Positions 12,291-24,315 of a stretch of DNA of 32,419 nucleotides are shown here, piece by piece (within the stretch, counting starts at the first letter, position 1; the number at the start of each line of letters is the position of its first letter). The notes beneath the pieces are model-generated. The model was not told the origin of the DNA, did no database searches, and was given only the letters and a program-made list of their open reading frames with translations. This DNA comes from Octopus bimaculoides. Lineage: Eukaryota. The stretch covers positions 5,527,825-5,560,243 of the forward strand of contig NC_069000.1 of NCBI RefSeq assembly GCF_001194135.2, read 5' to 3'. The position numbers and the translations under genes were made by a program.

Positions 12291-12995
12291 GCGATCTATG
12301 CAGCTGAGTCCTGGAAGATGACAACAAAAATCGACCGCTAGCTCGACATATTTCATCAGCGGTGTCTCAGAAAGATCCCAAGAATCACTTATCGAGACAG
12401 AGTGACAAATGAAGCTATTTTCCAAGCCACGAGATTTAGGCCCCTGCATGCAATTGTAACCGAACGACAAATAAGAGTGGCTGAACACATGCTAAGATTG
12501 CTAGAGGAGAGGCTTCCCGAAACAGCCATAGAACAGATGCCGCTGGAAGGAAAGAAAAAAAGAGGGCGGCCAAGTAGATAAGGCGCAGTACCATCAAAGA
12601 ATACCTGCGCAGACTGAACATCACTTAGGAAGAAGCATACCAGTTCACTAGAGACAGAGATGCAGTAATCCGTCGCCATATCGTGGTTCATCTATCGCGC
12701 CGTCAGTACATCGCACTTCATTTATCGCGCACTTAGAGTATCACGGTTCATCTACCGCGCACTCAGTACATCACGGATTTTTCTGACTAACATATGTAAA
12801 TTTGTATTGCGGACTGCTCAGTATATTACGGGTTTCTGCGACCGAGAGGTGTTTATATTCTTTTAGATCTTAATTATTGCTGTGGGAGGTTTTGGAACAT
12901 AACACCTGCGATAGTCGTGGGATTAGTGCAATTGGCGAACACTGACTGCTCGATGTGGCGCTCAAAGCCACCAACGCACCTAAGAAGAAGTAGAA
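12291..12995 (+). mobile_element. RTE-clade non-LTR retrotransposon, 5'-truncated 3' end (decayed ORF2 C-terminus), interrupted by a MITE at 12663-12928
   Basis: Hand translation from 12291: AIYAAESWKMTTKIDR*LDIFHQRCLRKIPRITYRDRVTNEAIFQATRFRPLHAIVTERQIRVAEHMLRLLEERLPETAIEQMPLEGKKKRGRPSR, then after a frameshift RRSTIKEYLRRLNIT*EEAYQFTRDRD, and after the insertion NWRTLTARCGAQSHQRT* plus a short (AAG)n-like tail. Matches RTE ORF2 C-terminal motifs (YGSETW, RCLRKIL, VTNEEV, GKRKRGRP, DRxxWR). Confidence 0.9.
12663..12928. mobile_element. pogo/Tigger-like (Tc1-mariner superfamily) MITE, 266 bp
   Basis: Left TIR CAGTAATCCGTCGCCATATCG; right TIR reverse complement CACTAATCCCACGACTATCG (16/21 match). 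Flanked by TG and CA, read as a decayed TA TSD. Internal 30-bp tandem units at 12680-12769. No ORF. Confidence 0.8.
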
Positions 12996-13389
12996 TGTAT
13001 ATATATATACATATATATATAGAGAGAGGGAGAGAGACAGAGACAGAGACAGAGAGACAGAGACAGGGAGAGAGTGAGAGAGAGAGAAAGATGTATGTGT
13101 ACGTAGAAGTAGGTATTCGTGCATGTGTGTCAGGGTGTGTTTGTATGTATATGCGTGTATCTTCTATTATCGCGTGTATATATACATGCTTGCACATATA
13201 TACGAGTGTCTATCTATTATTTTTATACGTATGCAGAAAAGTGTGTGTTTATATACATTCATTTGTATACACAAATATTCTATTCATATCGAAAAAAAAC
13301 ATTGAACATGTCAGGTTTTTAAATTTTCGATCAATTATTCCCCTAACGCAACATACATTTCAATAAACGTATCGATTTTGTTTTTATAG

Positions 13390-13453
13390 AACTTTAGTAT
13401 TCTTCGAAATATGGAATTGTGGAATTGTCTGCTGTTCGCCTCCATTCTTTTCG
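13390..13453 (+). CDS. Candidate first coding exon encoding a signal-peptide-like N-terminus (MELWNCLLFASILF, phase-1 intron)
   Basis: Acceptor TTTTGTTTTTATAG, ATG at 13411 in good Kozak context (A at -3, G at +4), hydrophobic 14-mer, donor G|GTAAAA. The downstream partner exon is not established. Confidence 0.3.
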
Positions 13454-13539
13454 GTAAAATATTAAAGCAGAATCGAATTCTTATTTTTCGTGTATATGAA
13501 TTTTAAATATATTTCTACTCAGTCAGGACAAACCTTGTG

Positions 13540-13604
<65 letters not shown>

Positions 13605-13954
13605 TGTATATTCCTTATTTTGGTCTCTTAACACAGAACTTTAAATATTTAATAAGTATATTATTAATATTCCGTCTCCATGGTATGTAAGTGTTCTTGT
13701 TTTTCATGTAAATTTAAACATGTTTCTTTTGTATTGCTGTCGTTGTTGTTAAAGTCGTTTAACACTCACATCAAGCTTGATTGAGCACACTTATTATTAA
13801 TGTTTCCCCAGCTATAAGTATATGCATGCATATTTAAGGGACAGCATTGTTTCGTTACATATAACCTCCGTTATTTACGACAGGAAGTTAAGAAATAGTA
13901 ATTTAAGCGAGATATTTCTCTGTTGTCTTCAGCAAATGTATTTTCTCTTTTTCC

Positions 13955-14212
13955 CGAATATCGAAGAAATGGTGTCTTTCAGATGTATCTACTTTGCGAT
14001 ATTTAGTCACGTGTTCTGCGTTCAAATCTCGTTGAAATCCATATTCTCTCCTGTATGTCCGTGTTCGAAAAGATAACTGTTTCTCATTCAATCAGATGGT
14101 CGCCATTTGTTTCATTCAATTATATCGTCTTCAGCACTGAGACTGCTACTCTATTTTATGTCTTAACGACCCCAAAGGACAAGATGTAAAAAAAAAAGCT
14201 AGCCTCGGATGC
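13955..14212. mobile_element. Two strongly decayed family-B SINE pieces: about 13955-14060(+) and 14110-14212(-)
   Basis: GTTCTGCGTTCAAATCTC box-B-like head; minus-strand CCTTTGGGGTCGTTAA...ATAAAATAGAGTAGCAGT resembles the family-B middle. Confidence 0.45.
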
Positions 14213-14688
14213 GTGCAGTATGTATTCTTTGTCGATTAGATATCGAAATTTTCGACATTAACAGTCAATGTTTTAAAATCTTCTAACGCTCGTGGCTAAA
14301 ATCGTCATTTTAAGAGAAACATGACATATCTCTGCTGAAGTAAAAGCGAAGGGACTCAAATTTCACCTGCTACATTTCAGAATCCGAATCGTAATTCCTT
14401 TGTGGGGTGTAAGGATTTACGGCAAGTTTGTTGGATTAACTAAGCAAGCACGGCTGGATTTCCATTATAATGTTCATAGCATCTTTAGATATTATGGTAA
14501 TGGAAAAAAATAGCCTTAGAGAACTCAGCTGGTGTAATATAATATATTGCTATACTTAAATATGCACCAAGGGCTAGATAGAAGATAGACGCAGAGGAAC
14601 CGCAAATGTACAAAGTTAGTGCATGTTTGAGAGAGATATTTAATCACCGCGTTTGCACACCCGCTGGACATGTAATCGGTGCTATGTC

Positions 14689-14925
14689 ATTAAATGGAAA
14701 GACAGGGTTTCATACATACTACATATACTGCATGGGCACGCTCGCTGAAGGTGATATAAAAAGCTACAACGGCTCATCTTAGAACTGGAACAAAATGCTG
14801 GAAACGTTGGTCTGAGAATCGGTGTGGAGATGACCATAGCAATGGCCATTACAAATCGATCACTCATCTAAATATCGAGACACTAGACAGATTCATCGAT
14901 CCGGGTAGAGTCGAATCGAATCTCG
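14689..14925 (+). pseudogene. RTE-type LINE reverse-transcriptase fragment (domains 5-7)
   Basis: IKWKDRV...KLQRLILELEQNAGNVGLRIGVEMTIAM, then NIETLDRFIDPGRV. Resembles GIxW...LQxLLxxLxxxAxxVGLxINxxKTKxM...IExVxxFxYLGS; has stops and frameshifts. Confidence 0.7.
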
Positions 14926-14942
14926 GCCCGGCTCTCTGTCGG

Positions 14943-15252
14943 TTACGGTGACACGTTTTCCAGTTGATCCGATCAATGGAACGGCCAGCTCGTGAAATTT
15001 ACGTGTAAGTGACTGAGCACTTCACAGACACGCATAACCTTAACATAATTCTCAGGGAGATTCAGCCTGACGCAGAATGTGACACGGTTGTCCCTTGTTT
15101 AATTGTAGGTACGACTAATTTTTGCCAGTTGAGTGGACTGGAACAATGTGAAAAAAAGCATCTTGCTCAACGACACAACGGACAGGTGGGAATCGAACTC
15201 ATGTCTATACGATCTTAAGCCGAATACCGCAACTACTAAGCCACGCGCTTTC
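14943..15252 (-). mobile_element. tRNA-derived SINE with CORE-like central domain (family D)
   Basis: tRNA-like head at 15180-15252. Sense GTGTCGTTGAGCAAGATGC...CAGTCCACTCAACTGGCAAAA resembles the CORE/Meta-type SINE domain. 3' part 14958-15105 is homologous to 29545-29690. Confidence 0.8.
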
Positions 15253-15977
15253 GCAGATTGCGTCATCAGTAACAATAATGATTTTCAGAGTGTCGTCAGC
15301 CACGGAATTTGCCAAACCGCTGCCGTATTCTGAAGAATAGAACAGTCATCGTTGAGACTGACGGAGTTCCAGTCATATCGAACACTAAAATACCAGTATA
15401 ATCTTAGAGTCGGCACAAACACTTTAATTATTTATTTTGAATTGTACCCGTAATTCGACGGATGTTATACAAATTATTTCGCCGTTTAACCCTCAACTGC
15501 GTTAACTACATTTGGCAGTGAAAACTTCAACCAACTACAACCCGCCCAAGGATTAAGTCCTTCAAACAACTACCTCCTCATCGTCAAGACCGACAGATTA
15601 TCCACTATTATATACTAAGCTATACAATAATACATCTCTTAACATTTTAAGTTCAAGTCTTACAGGAAACTACATTGACATTCGTTCATCGAACGTCGGT
15701 AAGATATTTTAAAGCGTTCAATGTTGATATGATCGATTGAGTGCTTCTCACAATATAAAAAAAGCCACCGAGGACTGGCGCCTCAGTTAGAAATCAATTA
15801 TTTAAGTAGCGAATGAAAATCACTCAACCACAGCCAAAGACCATTCATATAGTGTTTCATGCCACACAAATCCACTGGCGACGATTTATAGCCGTATTCA
15901 ATGCTATCGTTATATTATCTTTCTTAGAGTTACTATCTGTCCATGTGTTCTCTCTCATTTTCATCTGGCTCTCTCCG

Positions 15978-16038
<61 letters not shown>

Positions 16039-16183
16039 CTTTCTATCTCTATCTCTCTTTCTCTCGCACTCCTAATTATGTATATACAAATAAATGAGGA
16101 GAGTTTCAGACAGAGAGAGACAGACGAGTTCAACAAACACACACACAGATACACGCACACATTCTCTGTGTATGTTTTCGTGT

Positions 16184-16217
<34 letters not shown>

Positions 16218-16434
16218 NNNNNNNNNNNNNNNNNNNNNNNNNNNNNNNNNNNNNNNNNNNNNNNNNNNNNNNNNNNNNNNNNNNNNNNNNNNNNNNNNNN
16301 NNNNNNNNNNNNNNNNNNNNNNNNNNNNNNNNNNNNNNNNNNNNNNNNNNNNNNNNNNNNNNNNNNNNNNNNNNNNNNNNNNNNNNNNNNNNNNNNNNNN
16401 NNNNNNNNNNNNNNNTATATATATATACACACAC

Positions 16435-16467
<33 letters not shown>

Positions 16468-16499
16468 CATATATATACAGGGTTTGGACAAAATAATGG

Positions 16500-17140
16500 A
16501 AGCACCTAGCATCATACGTTTGGTACAATACAATGGAGGCCAGTTCTAGCCGAAATTAGATATTAGCCCTTCTAGAGTTTTACATATAGAGATTATTGAA
16601 TATATCTCATGCCTTCGCTCCATGGAGTAAAGTTACACTTTTCTCAGCCTATCCGGTAGCTCATCCACTGCACTGTTTCAATCCTTTAAGTGTAGTGGCG
16701 TTGGACTGCCTCAAGTTCCGCTGTTAGTTTGGCACTATGTGGTGACAATAACTTGGAGAAGTAATCCAGGCGGCTAAGAACAAAGGTTCTCCGAAGGGTC
16801 AACAGAGTTTCTTCTTGTCTTGAAGGCCTTCAGTATCCGAGCCAATTGTCGGCACTTTGCTGCCATCTCGGTAATATGCATATCAAATGATACATCATTG
16901 CGCATACTGATCCCCAAGTCTTTCACTGATTGTGACTCTGAGATTGCAGTGCCTCCGGGTCCTGTATATGCAGGCCGTTGTGCATTCATGAGTTGACAGT
17001 GCAGTGCTTGAACGTTTCTAGCATTAAACTGCATGTTGTTTATTTCTGCACACATCGAACGCAGGTCACTCTGGAAGCTTACGATGTAATCTTGGTTTCT
17101 TTGTTGCCTATAATAATTTTGTATTATCGGCATAACTAGT
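16500..17140 (-). mobile_element. CR1/L2-group LINE ORF2 fragment (RT C-terminal half), decayed
   Basis: SYADNTKLL (YADD-like, 17123-17134), then FQSDL...NNMQFNA...SQSVKDLGISMRNDVSFDMHI...ILKAFKTR, and frameshifted FVLSRLDYFSKLLSPHSAKLTAELEAVQRHYT and LYSMERRHEIYSII...KTLEGLISNFG. Confidence 0.9.
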
Positions 17141-18782
17141 ATCAGTGGGTGTTACTATACACACACACACATACACACACATATATACATATATATGCAT
17201 ATATATTTATATATACATTTATGCATTTATCTATCTATATATCTACATGTATATATATATATATATATATATNNNNNNNNNNNNNNNNNNNNNNNNNNNN
17301 NNNNNNNNNNNNNNNNNNNNNNNNNNNNNNNNNNNNNNNNNNNNNNNNNNNNNNNNNNNNNNNNNNNNNNNNNNNNNNNNNNNNNNNNNNNNNNNNNNNN
17401 NNNNNNNNNNNNNNNNNNNNNNNNNNNNNNNNNNNNNNNNNNNNNNNNNNNNNNNNNNNNNNNNNNNNNNNNNNNNNNNNNNNNNNNNNNNNNNNNNNNN
17501 NNNNNNNNCATAAATAAACGTATACGAACATTTATTATTCATATCTATAAATGTATGTGTGAGTATTTATTTGTTTTTATATGTGTAGACATTCATCTTC
17601 ATAATAATAATAAAAAAAACATCATTTATTGTATATGCATATTTTCTGTCCATTCGCAAGCCGCATGCATCTACATAGAGAAACGCAGACGCAGCCCATA
17701 TTCGTACATATACAAATATACAAACGACCAAAACATACACACAGGGCCATCGCAATACTCATAGAGACCAATCATAACACTGCATATAGACACACGCATT
17801 CAAATGCGAACACAATCAGACTTGCATTATCAGCCTCCTTGCTAAACACTCACCTTTTTCCCATCCACTATCTCACCTTCCCCCTCACACTCCCCATATC
17901 TTTCTCTATTTCTTATGTCCTTCATTTTTTTCTATCACCTTGTACAAAGAGTGCAGCAACGTATTTATCACTTGATGAGTTCATTCACAACTAATATGGC
18001 TGACGCAGTGACGCAGCCTTTTCCTAATGTCTAGTGACTGTAATGTCTTCTTGCATCCTTTATTCTTTCCCATCTTCGCTTCGCCTTGTCACTGAGAGAT
18101 ATAGGTTATAAATGGAGGAATAATAATTTCTGTATTCTTTCATTATACCTTTCTTTCCTAACTCTTTTATATATATTTTTTTATATTCTCACGTTTTTCA
18201 TTAAAACAAAATGGAATCACTTCGCATCAAAATGTAAAACATAAAAACAAGACAAAATATTGAAGAAGAAGAAGAAGGAGCAGATGATAAAGCGATGACA
18301 AAAACAAAATGGCCTCCTATAATATTAACTTTTAATATTGATCTATGTGAGAGTGTAGTCATGATCACTTGGCTTAATGTATGCTGTTTATTTATTCCAA
18401 TTTTCGATGTTGAATGGAAAACAAAAACAAAGCAGGTGTTACAAGGAGATAGGTTATAATGTTCCTATCGTTATTCGTTTGTTTCGTGGATGTTGTTGTT
18501 GTTGTTGTTGTTCACATTGCTGTTCTTTTTCATATTATTGTTGTTAACAGTATGGTTGATATTTTTACTTTTTTGTCGGTTTCTTTTTCACACTTCTACG
18601 TTTCGTTTTACACACATCGCACGGAAAAGGAGTGTCTCCTGCGTATTTTTTCACACCTTACAGCTATACTTATACGCACCCATATATGACACACACACAC
18701 GAACAAACACAGTGTGCATATGTATGTATGTAAGTGTGTGTATGTAAGTGTGTGTATATATGTATATATGCATGTATGAGTG

Positions 18783-18816
<34 letters not shown>

Positions 18817-18899
18817 CATGTATGTATGAGTGTATGCAAATATATATATATGTGCATGCATGTGTGTGTATATACATATATGTATATGTGTATGAATGA

Positions 18900-18940
<41 letters not shown>

Positions 18941-19719
18941 CATACATACATACATATATATTTTCAAATCGACATATATTTTTTCTTATATAGACACATA
19001 TACATATACACGCACTCATACATATGTACGTATGTATGAGTGTGTATGCATATTTCAAAGATATACTTAATTTGTACTCCAAAATATATTCACTATAACC
19101 TTGTAATTATATGCTGTTTGATAAATCTTTCTTTATATAAAATAATCAGTTATTGTAGCCTAGTACCACAGTTTCACCGCGCTTTAACTTCATTCCTTTA
19201 TAATCGTCAGCTGGTTGAAAACAAGCAGAATAAGTACAATTTGAATAAGTGGCTTTCTTAGCATGCTTATGGCCTGCCCTTTATCTTTATATTTCCAAAC
19301 ATACTTATAAAGCGAAGTAGTGTTTTCTCTGTGGCTACGAGGAAATTATGTGTTGCGCTAGTGGAGAAGATGTTTGAAGGCGTGAATACCCTATATTCCT
19401 TGTTATCTTTGCAAATGGTGATGCTGCGATATTCTTTGTGAATCGTGACTCCAGCAAACATAGAGTTTTGTTCTTTTGTGAGGCAAAACATTGTATTTTG
19501 AAAATTGTGTATCGGCCCTCTTAATTTTACGTTTGTTTGGAATATTTTGCACAGTTAATATTTAAGGTACAACAAAACTCCTTATATTCTTTCATGTTGC
19601 TCATGATACCATTGACATTCTTCAAAATACACCAAATTCTCTGTAGAATAGGTGGCTGCATGCAAAATGTTCTAAGAAAGATAATAAAGAAGGTAACATG
19701 TATTCATCCATATATGGAT

Positions 19720-19814
19720 ATATAATATAATATAATATAATATAATATAATATAATATAATATAATATAATATAATATAATATAATATGATATGATATAA
19801 TATAATATAATATA

Positions 19815-19858
<44 letters not shown>
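19720..19858. repeat. (TATAA)n pentanucleotide followed by (TA)n; (TATAA)n recurs at 28671-28712
   Basis: Direct reading. Confidence 0.95.
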
Positions 19859-19980
19859 NNNNNNNNNNNNNNNNNNNNNNNNNNNNNNNNNNNNNNNNNN
19901 NNNNNNNNNNNNNNNNNNNNNNNNNNNNNNNNNNNNNNNNNNNNNNNNNNNNNNNNNNNNNNNNNNNNNNNNNNNNNNNA

Positions 19981-20152
19981 TGAAAGTTGTGATGAAAGAG
20001 TACAACATATTTGCCCCCACACCCTGCCAGAGCCTCGTGGAGCTTTAGGTGGTTTCGCTCAATAAATACTCACAACGCCCGATGTGGGAATCGAAACAGT
20101 GATCCTACGACTGCGAGTCCGATGCCTTAACTACTGGGCCATTGCTCCTCCA
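19981..20152 (-). mobile_element. SINE family C, 5' half
   Basis: Aligns with about 29730-29897; the rest probably lies in the adjacent N gap. Confidence 0.85.
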
Positions 20153-20511
20153 GTATATATATACATGTATCATACATACATACATACTTACGTTAGGCGA
20201 ACAAACGTAAGTATGGGTCTATACGTATTTAATGATTTTTAATCAGTAGAAACCACAAGGTGACTGAAGGTCGAAGAGTTTTGTTCATACATGTATCAAA
20301 GTGCCAGGCAGGAGACTCTTGGCTATTGAGTCACTTTGTGATTTGTGCCAACGAAAATAATAAAATACAAACATGTAAGATATATATGTGTAAGTTTATA
20401 TGTTTGTATGCATTTATTCATGTGTGCTTATATGTATGTAAATATATGTATAAATGCATATATACGTACGCACACATACACACACAAACACTCACACATT
20501 TACATGTATGC

Positions 20512-20565
<54 letters not shown>

Positions 20566-20673
20566 NNNNNNNNNNNNNNNNNNNNNNNNNNNNNNNNNNN
20601 NNNNNNNNNNNNNNNNNNNNNNNNNNNNNNNNNNNNNNNNNNNNNNNNNNNNNNNNNNNNNNNNNNNNNNNNN

Positions 20674-20705
<32 letters not shown>

Positions 20706-21339
20706 GAGAGAGACAGAGAGAGAGAGAGACAGAGAGAGAGAGACAGAGAGAGAGAGAGAGGGAGTGAAAGCACAATCATATAAACACTGAAGAGACTGTT
20801 TTAGACTAGTTTGTCAACATTTATTACAATAGACGCCATGTTAATTGTTTCACTGGAAAGATGAAAGACGAATGGCGAAAACAACTTAAAGGAAAATTCC
20901 AAAAGATTTATAATTTCACTAAATTCTCTCTCTTAAATATTGCGTATATACGTATATAACTACGCTCTACCACCCATAAAAACGTACGCATACAAACAGA
21001 CATAGACAANNNNNNNNNNNNNNNNNNNNNNNNNNNNNNNNNNNNNNNNNNNNNNNNNNNNNNNNNNNNNNNNNNNNNNNNNNNNNNNNNNNNNNNNNNN
21101 NNNNNNNNNNNNNNNNNNNNNNNNNNNNNNNNNNNNNNNNNNNNNNNNNNNNNNNNNNNNNNNNNNNNNNNNNNNNNNNNNNNNNNNNNNNNNNNNNNNN
21201 NNNNNNNNNNNNNNNNNNNNNNNNNNNNNNNNNNNNNNNNNNNNNNNNNNNNNNNNNNNNNNNNNNNNNNNNNNNNNNNNNNNNNNNNNNNNNNNNNNNN
21301 NNNNNNNNNNNNNNNNNNNNNNNNNNNNATATATATAAG

Positions 21340-21495
21340 TATCTATCTGTCTGTCTGTCTATCTGTCTATGTGTACGTCTCTATATCTGTCTATCTATCT
21401 ATCTGTCCATCTCTCTGTCTGTATGTCTGTCTGTCTATCTATCTGTCTGTCTGTCTGTCTGCCTGTCTATCTATCTATGAATCTATCTATCTATC
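21340..21495. repeat. Compound (TCTG)n/(TCTA)n tetranucleotide tract
   Basis: Direct reading; a similar (CT)n-(ATCT)n tract lies at about 15975-16065. Confidence 0.9.
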
Positions 21496-21983
21496 CGGTC
21501 ATTTGCCTCCATTGGTTATACGTATATGAAATGAGGCGGTGTTGCTCACATCAGTCCCCAGATGATGCATTATACTTGAATTTGGGAATGTCGCTCCTTT
21601 TGGCCTAATGTAACTTTGTTGTAGCATGTTTAGAGTAAGCAAGCTGATAATGGAGGGCTTGGAGTTTCCTGGCAATACATAGCATGTACATATGGCATTT
21701 AGGTCTTTCGGTTGAAAAGTTACAGAGTGACTCACAGGCTAGGAATTTACATCACTGTCACTTTTTAAACTTAACACTATCTGCCCTTGAGTCACTGTAA
21801 ACTTTCCCCAATTACTCCTTCATATGTTTCAGCCGTAAGGCTGTGGCCATGCTGGGGCACCATGCTGGGGCACCACCAGAAAACATATATACTTTGGTTT
21901 GTAGTTATATTTTGCTGTTTGTATCAATAAAAGCATATATACACACTCGCTCACACGCACATGCGCACACATATGAACATATA

Positions 21984-22215
21984 ATCGATATCAAATTCCA
22001 GCACAAGGCCAGCAAAATCGAGGCGATGGTGTGATGGGGGGGATACAAGTCAATTACACTGAACTCAGTGCCCATCTGGTGCTTATTTTATCAACCACCA
22101 AAGGACGAAAGGCAAAGTCGACCTGGACGGAATTTGAACTCAGACTGTAAAGACGGACGAAATGCCACTAAGCATTTCGCACGGTATGCTAACGATTCTG
22201 TCAGCTTACCGCCTT
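21984..22215 (-). mobile_element. SINE family B, full length, with 15-bp TSD
   Basis: Body GGCAAAGTCGACCTGGACGGAATTTGAACTC...CTAACGATTCTGTCAGCTTACCGCCTT. Flanks ACATATGAACATATA (21969-21983) and ACATATGTACGTATA (22216-22230), 13/15 identical. Confidence 0.9.
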
Positions 22216-22862
22216 ACATATGTACGTATATTACATGCTGAATAGTTTCCAAAAATTTATGAGCTCTATATCATGTATAGAGTGATTTTGCCGCTAGATA
22301 TCTTTTTGTATGTGTAAAAATGAATGTATATTACAAGTGGTTGCTTGCTGATACACAATTAACAGGTAGTCACCATTGATTTTAATAACGTAATCGTAAA
22401 TATCAGCAATTATATACGCATTACACACGATAAATGTATGTATATATACGTATATATGCATATGTAATACGCACGCATATATTATCACGCACAAACGCAC
22501 ATCATATAAACACACAGACACACTCAGACACACACATATATACATATTATATAAGCATATAAATGTATACATATTTTGTTTATGTATAAAATCTTCTATA
22601 TATTTCATATATAGACACACATATATATGTATGCCCATATTTGTTTGTCCTACTGAGAGTTTGACACTTCACCCATTCCACTCGCCAAACCTATCTCAAC
22701 GTTTTTCGAAGTCTTGGTTAATTACCAAATTTTTGTTTTTGAGGATTGATTATTCACTCGGATATGTGAGAGACACATATACACACACACACGTGCATAT
22801 GTGTGTGTGTGTGTGTATAGATATATAGATAAATAGATAAATAAATAGATACATACATACAC

Positions 22863-22928
<66 letters not shown>

Positions 22929-23237
22929 NNNNNNNNNNNNNNNNNNNNNNNNNNNNNNNNNNNNNNNNNNNNNNNNNNNNNNNNNNNNNNNNNNNNNNNN
23001 NNNNNNNNNNNNNNNNNNNNNNNNNNNNNNNNNNNNNNNNNNNNNNNNNNNNNNNNNNNNNNNNNNNNNNNNNNNNNNNNNNNNNNNNNNNNNNNNNNNN
23101 NNNNNNNNNNNNNNNNNNNNNNNNNNNNNNNNNNNNNNNNNNNNNNNNNNNNNNNNNNNNNNNNNNNNNNNNNNNNNNNNNNNNNNNNNNNNNNNNNNNN
23201 NNNNNNNNNNNNNNNNNNNNNNNNNNNNNNNNACAAG

Positions 23238-23270
<33 letters not shown>

Positions 23271-24315
23271 TGTATTTGTATATATATTTACACACACACA
23301 CAAACATATACGTATATACATAGATTAATATACGTGTATATAAAGGGAGTAAGATTTAGAAGAAGATGGAGAGAAAGCGGGTAGAAATACTTACATTTAT
23401 GTATATATAAACACATTTGTGCGGGAATATGTTTGTGTTTATTTTCTATGAAATATTTAAAGAGATAAAAAAATATCCTAGGAGGACCAATGTTTCTTTG
23501 AAGATAATTTGGTATATTTCTAGGAAAAAAAGAAAAAATTACAGAAAGAACTACATGATTGAGTTTTGGAACTAATGATGTCGAATCGAGAATTTCTGGA
23601 TAATGGCCCAGTGAAAATTTGTTTTCGAAACATTTTATTTTGGCAGCTTAATCTACCACGAAGCAAAGCACTATTTTATCTCTATCATATCTATAGCTCT
23701 GTGTACATATATATATATACACTTACATGCACACACACATGTGTGCTTATGTAAGTACGTATGTATTATACAGAACGTATAGATGCATGTGTATGTAGGT
23801 ACGTGTGGTTGTCATCAAACAGTTTTAGTGTATCGCCACTTTTTCATTACAGGCATAGATCAGTATCACATTTCGTCGTATTTCTGCCTAGGGAGCTCAG
23901 ATATTTATCTTTCTTTAATTTTTGTATAGTTACCTCAAGAATCATTGCAGCCGCATTTTTATTTTCTTGGCAAAGAGATTTTTGGCCCAGTACTTAATGA
24001 TCATACACAGGATACAGCTGTTGAGATTATAATGTAAAAGACCACACTGCTTCGATCTCCGGATATGTGACCTTTACATCTGAGACAGCAGTGGTAATAC
24101 GATATGTATGACAAGTCCAGTCTTTGAAATTATATTGCGACGAAATATTTCGCAGGCCACATTGTCTCTCGATCATGTGCCACGTTCAGCTGCAACGTCC
24201 TGTAATTTTCACTTATTACGGATGTAAGGCAAAGTCGACCTCAAGAGAATTTGAACTTATGACGTAAAGACGGATTAAATGCCACTAAGCAGTTTGTCCA
24301 TGTGCGAACGATTCT

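Noticed and set aside
13903-14091. Protein-looking ORF (RTRTYRREYGFQRDLNAEHV...), with a GIY-YIG/Penelope-like hint in another frame
   Set aside because: It is largely the antisense of a decayed family-B SINE head, has a stop immediately upstream, and lacks a good acceptor.
17998-18016. Tandem TGACGCA x2 (CRE/AP-1-like half-sites)
   Set aside because: Too short to distinguish from chance without conservation or chromatin data.
21499-21735. 78-aa minus ORF and a plus-frame KQADNGGLGVSW (LINE GGLG-like or expansin-like)
   Set aside because: The plus frame has multiple stops and only a 4-residue motif; the minus ORF length is within chance expectation and has no recognisable homology.
23975-24110. 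EIFGPVL (aldehyde-dehydrogenase-like motif) after an AG, with loosely ALDH-like residues downstream
   Set aside because: The frame stops after 13 more codons and needs a frameshift to continue; no other ALDH motif is in the window. Probably chance; BLASTX of 23940-24200 would settle it.
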